A stretch of DNA of 63,005 nt from contig JADFNI010000001.1 of the NCBI GenBank assembly GCA_022563455.1, positions 1 to 63,005 of the forward strand, in the 5' to 3' direction. Source of the stretch: Nanobdellota archaeon. GTDB taxonomy: Archaea; Nanobdellota; Nanobdellia; Pacearchaeales; GW2011-AR1. Both the position numbers and the translations under genes were made by a program. Shown here in pieces: positions 1 to 6,929 of this stretch. How positions within the stretch are numbered: the first letter of the stretch is position 1; every line of letters begins with the position of its first letter. Under the pieces are notes generated by a model. It was given only the letters and a program-made list of their open reading frames with translations, was not told the origin of the DNA and did not search any database.

Positions 1-193
1 TTCCATCAAGATCTTCGTCTAGGCCTTTTGGTAGCATTTCGTGTCCGACTGATAAGATGAAAGGTTTTAGATCTTTTAAATCTAGATTCGCCTCTTTTGC
101 AATGGACTCCACATTTGTATCGAAGATTTCATCTGTACCTGTGATTTTTCCAGTGAACTCTAGCTCTATAAAATCGTTTTTATTAACTGTCAT
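1..193 (-). CDS. FKBP-type peptidyl-prolyl cis-trans isomerase, N-terminal part (gene runs off the window edge)
   Basis: Reverse-strand translation from the ATG at 193-191 gives MTVNKNDFIELEFTGKITGTDEIFDTNVESIAKEANLDLKDLKPFILSVGHEMLPKGLDEDLDG. The ..Y/FTG+..G..FDT...PF.L.VG....LP.GL.E pattern matches SlyD/FKBP-type PPIases. It is absent from the ORF track because it is open at the edge. Confidence 0.6.
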   Translation of the reverse strand, partial: MTVNKNDFIELEFTGKITGTDEIFDTNVESIAKEANLDLKDLKPFILSVGHEMLPKGLDEDLDG

Positions 194-212
194 AAAAGAT
201 GTTTGAGAGGAC

Positions 213-230
213 GGTTTTTAAGGGTTTTGG
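213..230 (-). promoter_or_regulatory. Putative BRE/TATA promoter of the FKBP gene (minus strand CCAAAACCCTTAAAAACC)
   Basis: An A/T box CTTAAAAAC lies about 20-30 nt upstream of the ATG at 193. A near-identical 18-mer sits at the same spacing upstream of the minus-strand gene starting at 9392. Confidence 0.4.
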
Positions 231-258
231 GAGATAGAATAAAATAACCACACACAAG

Positions 259-267
259 TTTTATAAA
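259..267 (+). promoter_or_regulatory. Putative TATA box (TTTTATAAA) for the mini-ORF/aIF5A transcript
   Basis: An archaeal-type TATA element lies about 24-30 nt upstream of the ATG at 291. This predicts a leaderless or near-leaderless mRNA beginning at the mini-ORF. Confidence 0.4.
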
Positions 268-290
268 CGAAGTTTTTTTTCAATATAATT

Positions 291-377
291 ATGGTACAAA
301 AAGTAATTGATGTAATAAATTTTAGATTATGCAATGAGGAAGTCCTTGCGGATCAAAAACTTGGGAGTTTTTGCTGA
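291..377 (+). other. Leader element / mini-ORF copy A (28 codons, MVQKVIDVINFRLCNEEVLADQKLGSFC)
   Basis: The ORF runs from ATG 291 to TGA 375-377, and the stop overlaps the aIF5A ATG at 377 (cTGATGg). The 3' ~55 nt are near-identical to copies at 11900-11986 and 16883-16966. A CAAAAAC(354-360)/GTTTTTG(367-373) stem holds a GGGAG Shine-Dalgarno in or beside the loop. Confidence 0.55.
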
Positions 378-772
378 TGGTACAAAAAGTAATTGATTCA
401 ACTGAAATGCGTGTTGGAACTTATATAATGATAGAAGGATCTGCTTATCAAGTTAAGAAGATGGATGTTTCGAAGACTGGAAAGCATGGACATGCAAAGG
501 TTAGGTATGAGGCTGTATCAGTCATGACTGGAAAGAAAAAAGTTAGTGTTGTTCCTGGACATGATAAATTTGAAGTTCCTATGATTGATAAGAGGACTGC
601 TCAAGTTTTATCGATTTCTAACAATACTGCTAGTTTGATGGACTCCGAATCCTTTGAAAATTTAGATTTACCAATAGCTGAAGAATTCCGAGATTCTCTT
701 AATGAAGGAGATAGTGTAGAATATTGGGACCTTGAAGGTGAAAAATTAATTAAGAAAATATTACAACAATAA
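377..772 (+). CDS. eif5a: Translation initiation factor 5A (aIF5A)
   Basis: Contains the hypusine-loop motif SKTGKHGHAK. The N-terminus MVQKVIDSTEMRVGTYIMIEG is typical of aIF5A. The track ORF 371..772 was trimmed to the ATG at 377. Confidence 0.93.
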   Translation: MVQKVIDSTEMRVGTYIMIEGSAYQVKKMDVSKTGKHGHAKVRYEAVSVMTGKKKVSVVPGHDKFEVPMIDKRTAQVLSISNNTASLMDSESFENLDLPIAEEFRDSLNEGDSVEYWDLEGEKLIKKILQQ

Positions 773-936
773 TGGCTACAAAAATACTCGCGGCACAAAA
801 TAGACTTTTTAAGAATGCATTTGTTTGTAAGGTTTGCAAGCATAAGATGAGGGTTGAGCCCCTAAAGATTATTGGTGGAAAGGTTCGATGTAGGAAATGT
901 AAGGGAACTGATTTTAGACCTATTCGGAAGAAGTAG
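772..936 (+). CDS. rpl40e: 50S ribosomal protein L40e
   Basis: A 54-aa ORF below the track cut-off: MATKILAAQNRLFKNAFVCKVCKHKMRVEPLKIIGGKVRCRKCKGTDFRPIRKK. It has a CxxC...CxxC zinc ribbon and a basic C-terminus (.RP.RKK) as in archaeal L40e. Its ATG overlaps the aIF5A TAA (TAATG). Confidence 0.75.
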   Translation: MATKILAAQNRLFKNAFVCKVCKHKMRVEPLKIIGGKVRCRKCKGTDFRPIRKK

Positions 937-966
937 GTTTTTAAACTGTTTAATTTTAGTATAAAG

Positions 967-2397
967 ATGGTAGATTTTTGGGTGTATGATGTTGCTTTTA
1001 TGATATTGTTTAGCGTTGGAGTTGCATGGTTTTTGTCTACTCGGAAAAAAGATTTGTCTCGTGAAGGTTTGATGTTTTTATATAGAACTCAGGCAGGAAT
1101 TAAGTTCATTAATTATGTTGGAGATACATACAAGAAAACTCTTTCACGTCTTCGTTATGTTATTATTGGTGTAGGGCTTGTTTTGATGGCTTCGATGATT
1201 TGGATGCTTGGCCAAACCCTTTGGATTTATATTAAATTTCCAGGGATCACGGATATTATTAAAGCACCACCTATAGCACCTTTAATTCCTTATTTTCCAA
1301 AACTATTTGGAATGGAGTCTTTCTTCCCGCCATTTTATTTTACTTATTTTATTGTAGCTCTTGCTATCGTTGCTGTTGTTCATGAGGGAAGTCATGGAAT
1401 TTTTATGAGAAGATTTAAAGTTCCAATAAAATCTACAGGATTGGTGTTTTTGGGCCCAATCTTGGGAGCCTTTGTTGAAGAGGAAAAAAGGGGATTTGAA
1501 AAAAAGAAAACAGTGGAGCAGATGACCATTCTTGGAGCAGGAGTGTTTGCTAACCTTGTTTTTGCAATGATATTTTATCTACTTTATGTTGCATTCTTCT
1601 TTTCTAGTTTTGCTGCTTCTGGATATATTTTTACCAGCTATGCTTATGTTTCTACACCAATAGATTCGATTGATTCTTTTGGAAGAGATATTGGAGAAAG
1701 AGAAATTATTATAAATGGTGGAACGACTATTATGAATTTTACAGAGGTTATCGTCGGCGAAGAGACTTATTTAATGAGTACCAATAACAGAAGATTGATC
1801 TTGGAGGGGACGGATTTTACTGGACAAAACGTTTTGTTGTTCCCACAAAATCCTGCGATAAAAACTGGACTTAAGGGGATTATAGTTGAAATTGATGATC
1901 AAAAAATACGTAACCATTACAGTCTTAGTTCATTTTTGAATACTAAGAAACCCGGAGATTTGGTTACTATAATTACAGAGAATGAAAATGGAAGAAGTAA
2001 TTATGAAATTGTTTTAGCCGAACATCCTGATGATTCTAATAGGGCCTATATTGGAATTGCACATACAAATCCTCAAAGAAGAGGATTTATTGGAAAATTA
2101 ATATCTTTGTTTATGGGATTTAAGGAATCTTCAACCTACTACCAGCCAACATGGGATGGAGAACTTGTAGAATTTATATTCTATTTACTTTGGTGGGTTA
2201 TGGTGATCAATCTTCTTGTAGCTCTATTTAATATGATGCCTCTTGGAATGCTTGACGGTGGACGATTCTTTTATTTATCCGTTTTATCTGTTACAGGTTC
2301 TTCGAAGTTTGCTTCGATGGCATTTAAATTCGCTACCTATGCTATAATATTTGTATTTGCATTCTTAATGTTTATTTGGGCTGTTAGGGTGTTTTAG
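967..2397 (+). CDS. Site-2 protease family (M50) intramembrane metalloprotease with internal PDZ-like segment
   Basis: Has HEGSHG (HExxH) inside a hydrophobic segment. The second M50 motif NMMPLGMLDGG (NxxPxxxLDG) is present, along with multiple TM helices. Confidence 0.8.
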   Translation: MVDFWVYDVAFMILFSVGVAWFLSTRKKDLSREGLMFLYRTQAGIKFINYVGDTYKKTLSRLRYVIIGVGLVLMASMIWMLGQTLWIYIKFPGITDIIKAPPIAPLIPYFPKLFGMESFFPPFYFTYFIVALAIVAVVHEGSHGIFMRRFKVPIKSTGLVFLGPILGAFVEEEKRGFEKKKTVEQMTILGAGVFANLVFAMIFYLLYVAFFFSSFAASGYIFTSYAYVSTPIDSIDSFGRDIGEREIIINGGTTIMNFTEVIVGEETYLMSTNNRRLILEGTDFTGQNVLLFPQNPAIKTGLKGIIVEIDDQKIRNHYSLSSFLNTKKPGDLVTIITENENGRSNYEIVLAEHPDDSNRAYIGIAHTNPQRRGFIGKLISLFMGFKESSTYYQPTWDGELVEFIFYLLWWVMVINLLVALFNMMPLGMLDGGRFFYLSVLSVTGSSKFASMAFKFATYAIIFVFAFLMFIWAVRVF

Positions 2398-2399
2398 AA

Positions 2400-2753
2400 T
2401 TATAACATTACTACACCGTCTTTTGTAAGTGCTGTGAATCTTATTCCTACTGGAAGAGAAAGAAGAGCTGATTGAAGAGCCATATGTTCTTTTCCGTTTC
2501 CTGAGGCAATTGATAAAGCGATCTCTAAACCTTGGAACTTTCCTTCTAGTTTTTTTTCTAGATCTTTTTTTAGAGGAATTAAAGATTTGTCTGCATCAAA
2601 TTCTATGAAATCAAAGGGTATATCTTTTACTTGAAACTCTTTTGCGAAGCTTGGACCTACAAGAATGATTTTTTCCCATTCGCCCTTTTGCATTAAACCT
2701 GCTATTTGTCCCCAAGTTCCTTTTCCTGTTGAGAGTAATGCTACTAGTTCCAT
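2400..2753 (-). CDS. Hypothetical protein (117 aa)
   Basis: Clean ORF filling the gap between convergent neighbours. No family was recognised from MELVALLSTGKGTWGQIAGLMQKGEWEKIILVGPSF... Confidence 0.5.
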   Translation of the reverse strand: MELVALLSTGKGTWGQIAGLMQKGEWEKIILVGPSFAKEFQVKDIPFDFIEFDADKSLIPLKKDLEKKLEGKFQGLEIALSIASGNGKEHMALQSALLSLPVGIRFTALTKDGVVML

Positions 2754-2868
2754 GTTTTTTGATACTTGGTTTGGTATTTAAGGATTTATGTGAAGGAGTT
2801 AAATATTTGAGTTAGTTTTAATAAAAACTTATGAAAAGTATTTTTTATTGAGATATTATTACAATAAC

Positions 2869-2876
2869 TTTATAAA
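2869..2876 (+). promoter_or_regulatory. Putative TATA box (TTTATAAA) of the L1-P0-P1 operon
   Basis: Archaeal TATA consensus about 25-30 nt upstream of position ~2900, where the structured leader begins. Confidence 0.4.
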
Positions 2877-2900
2877 CTAAAAATTCTCAAGGATTATACT

Positions 2901-2946
2901 ACTGTTGGTAGGAGGTCAATGACCGAACCTAAATAATTCTAACAGT
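2901..2946 (+). promoter_or_regulatory. Structured 5' leader of the L1 operon, candidate L1 autoregulatory binding site
   Basis: A closing helix ACTGTT(2901-2906)/AACAGT(2941-2946) encloses GGUAGGAGGUC-AAU-GACCGAACC, with an inner GGTC/GACC hairpin. This resembles the GGAGG...hairpin...GA..CC asymmetric-loop architecture of the Methanococcus L1 mRNA operator that mimics the 23S L1 site. It ends 9 nt before the L1 ATG. Confidence 0.35.
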
Positions 2947-2955
2947 TAATATAAT

Positions 2956-3588
2956 ATGGAAACAAAAGTTGCACTTGCAGAACTTAGAAAAGAAAAGAAA
3001 AGAAAGTTTGTACAAACCGTAGACTTAATTGTAAATTTAAAGAATTTTGATGTTCGAAAAGAGGCTCTTAATACTTTTATTGATATTCCTCATCCTACGA
3101 ATAAAAAAGTTGGAGCTTTCTTGACCAAGAGATCTAAACTTATTGAATCGATTACTGAAGAAGATTTTGTGAAGTACAAAGATATTAAGGACATAAAGAA
3201 GCTTGCTAAGTCTTATGATTCGTTTATTGCTGCGGCTCCAATGATGGGAAAGATAGCTACTAAATTTGGACGAGTTTTTGGTCCTATGAATAAAATGCCT
3301 AGTCCTCAGGCTGGGATTATTGCTAAAGAAGACGATGCTACAATTTCTGCCATGATTGAAAAGATGAAGCATGTTGCTAGGATTAAAAATAAAGAGGCTT
3401 CGATTAAGCTCGTCTGTGGAAAAGAAGATATGTCAGACGAAGATATTACTGAAAATATTGTTTCAATGCTTAAAAGTTTGGAAGGAAAACTTCCTAGGGG
3501 AAGAGATAACATTAGAGAGGTTTTGATTAAATTTACTATGACTAAATCTCTAAAGATAATGGAGGACATGTATGGAAGCAAAAATTAA
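2956..3588 (+). CDS. rpl1: 50S ribosomal protein L1
   Basis: METKVALAELRKEKKRKFVQTVDLIVNLKNFD... is a typical L1 N-terminus. The gene sits first in the L1-P0-P1 order. Confidence 0.92.
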   Translation: METKVALAELRKEKKRKFVQTVDLIVNLKNFDVRKEALNTFIDIPHPTNKKVGAFLTKRSKLIESITEEDFVKYKDIKDIKKLAKSYDSFIAAAPMMGKIATKFGRVFGPMNKMPSPQAGIIAKEDDATISAMIEKMKHVARIKNKEASIKLVCGKEDMSDEDITENIVSMLKSLEGKLPRGRDNIREVLIKFTMTKSLKIMEDMYGSKN

Positions 3589-4459
3589 GACTCATGTGTC
3601 GGAAGCTAAGAAAGCAAAAGTTAAAGATCTTGCTGAAAAGATGAAGAAGAAAACTGTTATGGTTATTTCTATTAAAGGACTTCCTTCGGCGCAGTTTCAA
3701 GACATAAAGAAAAAGCTTAGAAATAAGGCGGACGTTATGGTTGTTAAGAAAAGCTTAGTTAATTTTGCGTTGGACCACTCTGGAATAAAAGAGTTGCAGG
3801 AGCTTGTTCCATTTATTAATGATTCAACTGCTGTGTTATTTAGCGACTCTGACGCGTTTGAGCTCTCAAGTATTTTATCTAAAGAGACTAGTCCTGCTAA
3901 AGCTAAAGCTGGGCAAATTGCACCAATGGATATTGAAGTGAAAGCTGGGCCAACGGAGCTTCTTCCAGGACCTGATATTTCTGCGCTCTCTTCTGTTGGG
4001 CTTGCTCCGAAAGTTGAGAATGGAAAAATTGCAATTATACAGGATAAGATTATTGTTAAAAAAGGAGATGTCATTAGTGAAGCACATGCAGCTGTTATGG
4101 CGAAGCTTGATATTATTCCCTTTGAAGTAGGGGTGGAGCCTGTCGCTGCTTATATGGATGGAATTGTATACAAGGATATAAAGATTGATAGCGAAGCTAC
4201 AATTGCAGAGCTTGAATCTGCATATGGATCTGCCTTATCATTTGCTGTTGAGATTGTTTATGTTAATTCTCTGACATTGGATTATATTTTGTCAAAGGCT
4301 GGGGCATTTGAAAATGTTATAACAAGGATTGTTACGGGGGAGCCTGAACCTGTGGCTGTAAAGGCGATAGAAGAGACAAAGACTGAAGCTAAAGAGGAAA
4401 CTAAAGCGGAGGAGCCAAAGGCTGAGGCAGCTGAGGGTTTGGCTTCATTATTTGGATAA
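3572..4459 (+). CDS. rplP0: 50S ribosomal stalk protein P0 (L10)
   Basis: Position after L1, with an acidic/Ala-rich C-terminus ending EEPKAEAAEGLASLFG shared with P1. Confidence 0.92.
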   Translation: MEAKIKTHVSEAKKAKVKDLAEKMKKKTVMVISIKGLPSAQFQDIKKKLRNKADVMVVKKSLVNFALDHSGIKELQELVPFINDSTAVLFSDSDAFELSSILSKETSPAKAKAGQIAPMDIEVKAGPTELLPGPDISALSSVGLAPKVENGKIAIIQDKIIVKKGDVISEAHAAVMAKLDIIPFEVGVEPVAAYMDGIVYKDIKIDSEATIAELESAYGSALSFAVEIVYVNSLTLDYILSKAGAFENVITRIVTGEPEPVAVKAIEETKTEAKEETKAEEPKAEAAEGLASLFG

Positions 4460-4515
4460 TGGAAATATCAAAAGATACTCAACTAAGTAAATATTTAGGA
4501 GAGAATAAATAAAAA

Positions 4516-4812
4516 ATGGAATATGTATATGCTGCACTTTTGTTGCACAAGACTGGACAGGAAGTAAGTGAAGAGAACTTGAAAAAAGTTATCGCTGCTA
4601 CCGGGGCTAGTGTTGATGAATCAAAAGTGAAGGTGCTTGTCGCGTCTCTTAAGGGAGTCGATATAGATGAAAAGCTTGCAAATGCATCTCTTGCTGCGGC
4701 ACCTGCTGCTAGCGAAAAGGATGATGCAAGACCCGAGTCTGCACCTGAAGAAAAGAAGAAAGAAGAACCAAAGGCTGAAGCAGCTGAGGGTTTGGCTTCA
4801 TTATTTGGATAA
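4516..4812 (+). CDS. rpl12: 50S ribosomal stalk protein P1 (L12)
   Basis: MEYVYAALLLHKTGQEVSEENLKKVI... has the conserved stalk tail EEPKAEAAEGLASLFG. Confidence 0.92.
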   Translation: MEYVYAALLLHKTGQEVSEENLKKVIAATGASVDESKVKVLVASLKGVDIDEKLANASLAAAPAASEKDDARPESAPEEKKKEEPKAEAAEGLASLFG

Positions 4813-4970
4813 TTGCTTAATTGTGATTTTTGGGTTTTAAAGTTGAACTTAAGTCTTGCTTTAAAACTTCGAAGATGGAGCCTCTTTAGAGGATTCTGTT
4901 TTTAAATAGGAGGTTTTTTTAGATCGGACTTTTTAAAAAGTAATTTAAATGTGAATTGATATTAAATATA

Positions 4971-6032
4971 ATGAAAAATTTTGAATTTAAAGGAAAATTA
5001 TTTGGAGCGAATATTGAGATAGCGGTATTTGGAGAAGACGAGGAATTTTCTCAAGAGGTAACTCATAAGGCTTATTGGGAAGGTGTTAGGCTTGAATCTA
5101 TTTTTAATTTTTTTGATTCAAAAAGTGACATAAGTAAGCTTAATGAATCTCGGAAAATGAAGATGCCTTCTGAATTTATTGAAGTGCTAAAGAAAGCTTT
5201 AGAGTTATGTAGAAAGACTGATGGGAAATATGATGTTACGCTTGGAAAAGATTTTAATCTTAGAAAGGAAGGTTATGTAATAACTGGTGTTGGTGGATCT
5301 TATAATGATGTTAAAATTGAAGGGAATTTGGTTGAACTTAAAAATCCAGACATAGTTCTAGACTTGGGTAGTATTGCTAAGGGATATATCACTGACATGG
5401 TTGGAGAGAAAATGAAAATGCTTGGAATAAAAGAATTTTTGATTAATTCTCGAGGAGATATTTTGATTAATGGTAAACGTGAGCATGAAATCAAGATCCA
5501 GCATCCTAGAATTTCTAATGAATCAATTGCTACTTTGAAAATAAAGAAAGGTGGGCTTGCAACTTCTGGAGATTATAAGCAATATGGAAAGGATTATTCG
5601 GAATCTCATATTTTGAATGCTCGAGCTTATGCCTCTGTTTCTGTATATGCCCCAACACTAATGGAATCGGATTTATATTCTACGGTTTTTTCTGTTATTT
5701 CTAAACCTGAAATCGAAGAAATTTTAAAAGAAAAAACAATGTCTAAATTTAAAGTTCTTGGGATTGATAAAGACTTGAAAAAAGATACGTATAATAAGTT
5801 TGAGAAGTTGATTGTAAGTTTTGGAGAAGATGCTTTGATGAGGGAAGATGTTGATGATTATCTTTCGGGAGAGGAAAATCTTGTAGGGCTAAAAAGAAGT
5901 GGAGATATTGATGAGGAGGATGAATGGGTAATTGATGAAGAATATTCGGGAACTACTGGTGGCGGGAATTTTATTTTGCCAGGTAAGGAACATGATCCTG
6001 GACATCCTGATTTTATTGGTGGGGCTAGTTAG
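4971..6032 (+). CDS. ApbE-family FAD:protein FMN transferase with acidic C-terminal extension
   Basis: Carries DLGSIAKGY and ATSGDY motifs typical of ApbE. The track ORF was trimmed from a TTG at 4956 to the ATG at 4971. The last ~70 aa are an acidic, low-complexity tail. Confidence 0.7.
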   Translation: MKNFEFKGKLFGANIEIAVFGEDEEFSQEVTHKAYWEGVRLESIFNFFDSKSDISKLNESRKMKMPSEFIEVLKKALELCRKTDGKYDVTLGKDFNLRKEGYVITGVGGSYNDVKIEGNLVELKNPDIVLDLGSIAKGYITDMVGEKMKMLGIKEFLINSRGDILINGKREHEIKIQHPRISNESIATLKIKKGGLATSGDYKQYGKDYSESHILNARAYASVSVYAPTLMESDLYSTVFSVISKPEIEEILKEKTMSKFKVLGIDKDLKKDTYNKFEKLIVSFGEDALMREDVDDYLSGEENLVGLKRSGDIDEEDEWVIDEEYSGTTGGGNFILPGKEHDPGHPDFIGGAS

Positions 6033-6034
6033 GT

Positions 6035-6142
6035 ACGCCCACACCCTATAAAAAATTGTGTCTTCAGATTTATATAATTATTGAAGACCTAATTTTTTAG
6101 AATCAAAGGTTCGATTACGGTTGGGTGCTGACGCCCACACCC
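6035..6142. repeat. 12-nt direct repeat (ACGCCCACACCC) of the tRNA-Ser 3' end, copies at 6035-6046 and 6131-6142
   Basis: Exact 12-mer, GC-rich in an AT-rich context, with a 96-nt period. The intervening 84 nt contain a GTCTTCA/TGAAGAC hairpin. Confidence 0.7.
6060..6098 (+). terminator. Hairpin plus T6 tract downstream of the ApbE gene
   Basis: GTCTTCA(6060-6066)-15 nt-TGAAGAC(6082-6088) is followed by TTTTTT (6093-6098). Oligo-T is the archaeal termination signal. Confidence 0.35.
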
Positions 6143-6211
6143 GGAATCGAACCGGGATGCCACAAGGGCCCGGTGTTCAAGACCGGTGCACTACCATTAT
6201 GCGATGTGGGC
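6132..6211 (-). tRNA. tRNA-Ser (anticodon UGA), class II with long variable arm
   Basis: Reverse complement: GCCCACATCGCATAATGGTAGTGCACCGGTCTTGAACACCGGGCCCTTGTGGCATCCCGGTTCGATTCCGGGTGTGGGCG. It has a 7-bp acceptor stem, a CCGGT/ACCGG anticodon stem with loop CTTGAAC, and a 13-nt variable arm. The T arm is CCCGG-TTCGATT-CCGGG and the discriminator is G. No CCA is encoded. Confidence 0.85.
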
Positions 6212-6277
6212 TTTTGCCATATTGCAGTCATGAAACATTTATATGTTACTTTATGCGATGTGGGCTTTTGCCATATT
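6197..6277. repeat. 27-nt direct repeat covering the tRNA-Ser 5' leader plus its first 15 nt, copies at 6197-6223 and 6251-6277
   Basis: TTATGCGATGTGGGCTTTTGCCATATT occurs twice exactly, with a 54-nt period. The 27-nt spacer carries the likely tRNA TATA box (minus strand ACATATAAATG). Confidence 0.8.
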
Positions 6278-6332
6278 TGCTTAATATTTTTTCGAAGAAT
6301 AGCTTTTTAAATATAGTTGATTGAGGTTTTTT

Positions 6333-6917
6333 ATGAAAAATATTCTAAAAAATAAGGTTGTAGCAATCTTTTTAATAGCTGTTTTGCTTTTAGCTTTTAC
6401 AATATTTACAATGGAAGTTATAAAAACCATATCTCCTAGCAAGAACGTACAAGTAAAATTAGAAACTACTATTGGAGACCTGGTAATTGAGCTTTATTCG
6501 GATTCTCCAATTACTGCTGGAAATTTTGAGAAGCTTGTTAGAGAAGGATATTATGATGGAATTATTTTTCATAGAGTTATTGAAGGATTTATGATTCAGG
6601 GAGGAGATCCTACTGGAACTGGGAATGGTGGGCCTGGATATACAATTGAGGATGAATTTATTGATGGACGAACAAATCTTCGAGGAACATTATCTATGGC
6701 GAACAGTGGGCCTCAGAGTGGCGGAAGTCAATTTTTTATTAATCTACAAGACAATACTTTTTTAGATTTTGATAAAGAGCCTCTTGCTAGCAAACATCCA
6801 GTTTTTGGCGAGGTGGTTGAGGGACTTGATGTTTTGGATAAAATTGGATCGGTTGCGACAGGTACTAATGATAAACCTCTTGAGGAAGTTAAGATAATTA
6901 AGGCTAGTGTTATTTAA
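6333..6917 (+). CDS. Cyclophilin-type peptidyl-prolyl cis-trans isomerase with N-terminal membrane anchor
   Basis: FHRVIEGFMIQGGDP...GGPGYTIEDEF...LSMANSGPQSGGSQFFI is the cyclophilin signature. The start is set at ATG 6333, after a GAGGT SD. Confidence 0.9.
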   Translation: MKNILKNKVVAIFLIAVLLLAFTIFTMEVIKTISPSKNVQVKLETTIGDLVIELYSDSPITAGNFEKLVREGYYDGIIFHRVIEGFMIQGGDPTGTGNGGPGYTIEDEFIDGRTNLRGTLSMANSGPQSGGSQFFINLQDNTFLDFDKEPLASKHPVFGEVVEGLDVLDKIGSVATGTNDKPLEEVKIIKASVI

Positions 6918-6929
6918 TAATAACTTCTA

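Noticed and set aside
601-843. 80-aa minus-strand ORF from the track.
   Set aside because: It is antisense to the well-supported aIF5A and L40e genes. It has an odd, Cys/Ser/Leu-rich composition and no start context.
3037-4087. Four minus-strand ORFs (3037..3372, 3306..3581, 3697..4074, 3875..4087).
   Set aside because: They are antisense shadows of L1 and P0. The sense-strand genes are unambiguous.
4409-4812. Near-identical 51-nt 3' ends of P0 (4409-4459) and P1 (4762-4812), considered as a possible mobile repeat.
   Set aside because: This is explained by known biology. Both stalk proteins carry the same conserved C-terminal factor-binding peptide (EEPKAEAAEGLASLFG). Nucleotide identity is consistent with concerted evolution.
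6121-6324. Two plus-strand ORFs (6121..6324 and 6125..6310) with an internal peptide repeat.
   Set aside because: They run antisense across tRNA-Ser and its duplicated 5' segment. The peptide repeat merely reflects the 27-nt DNA repeat.
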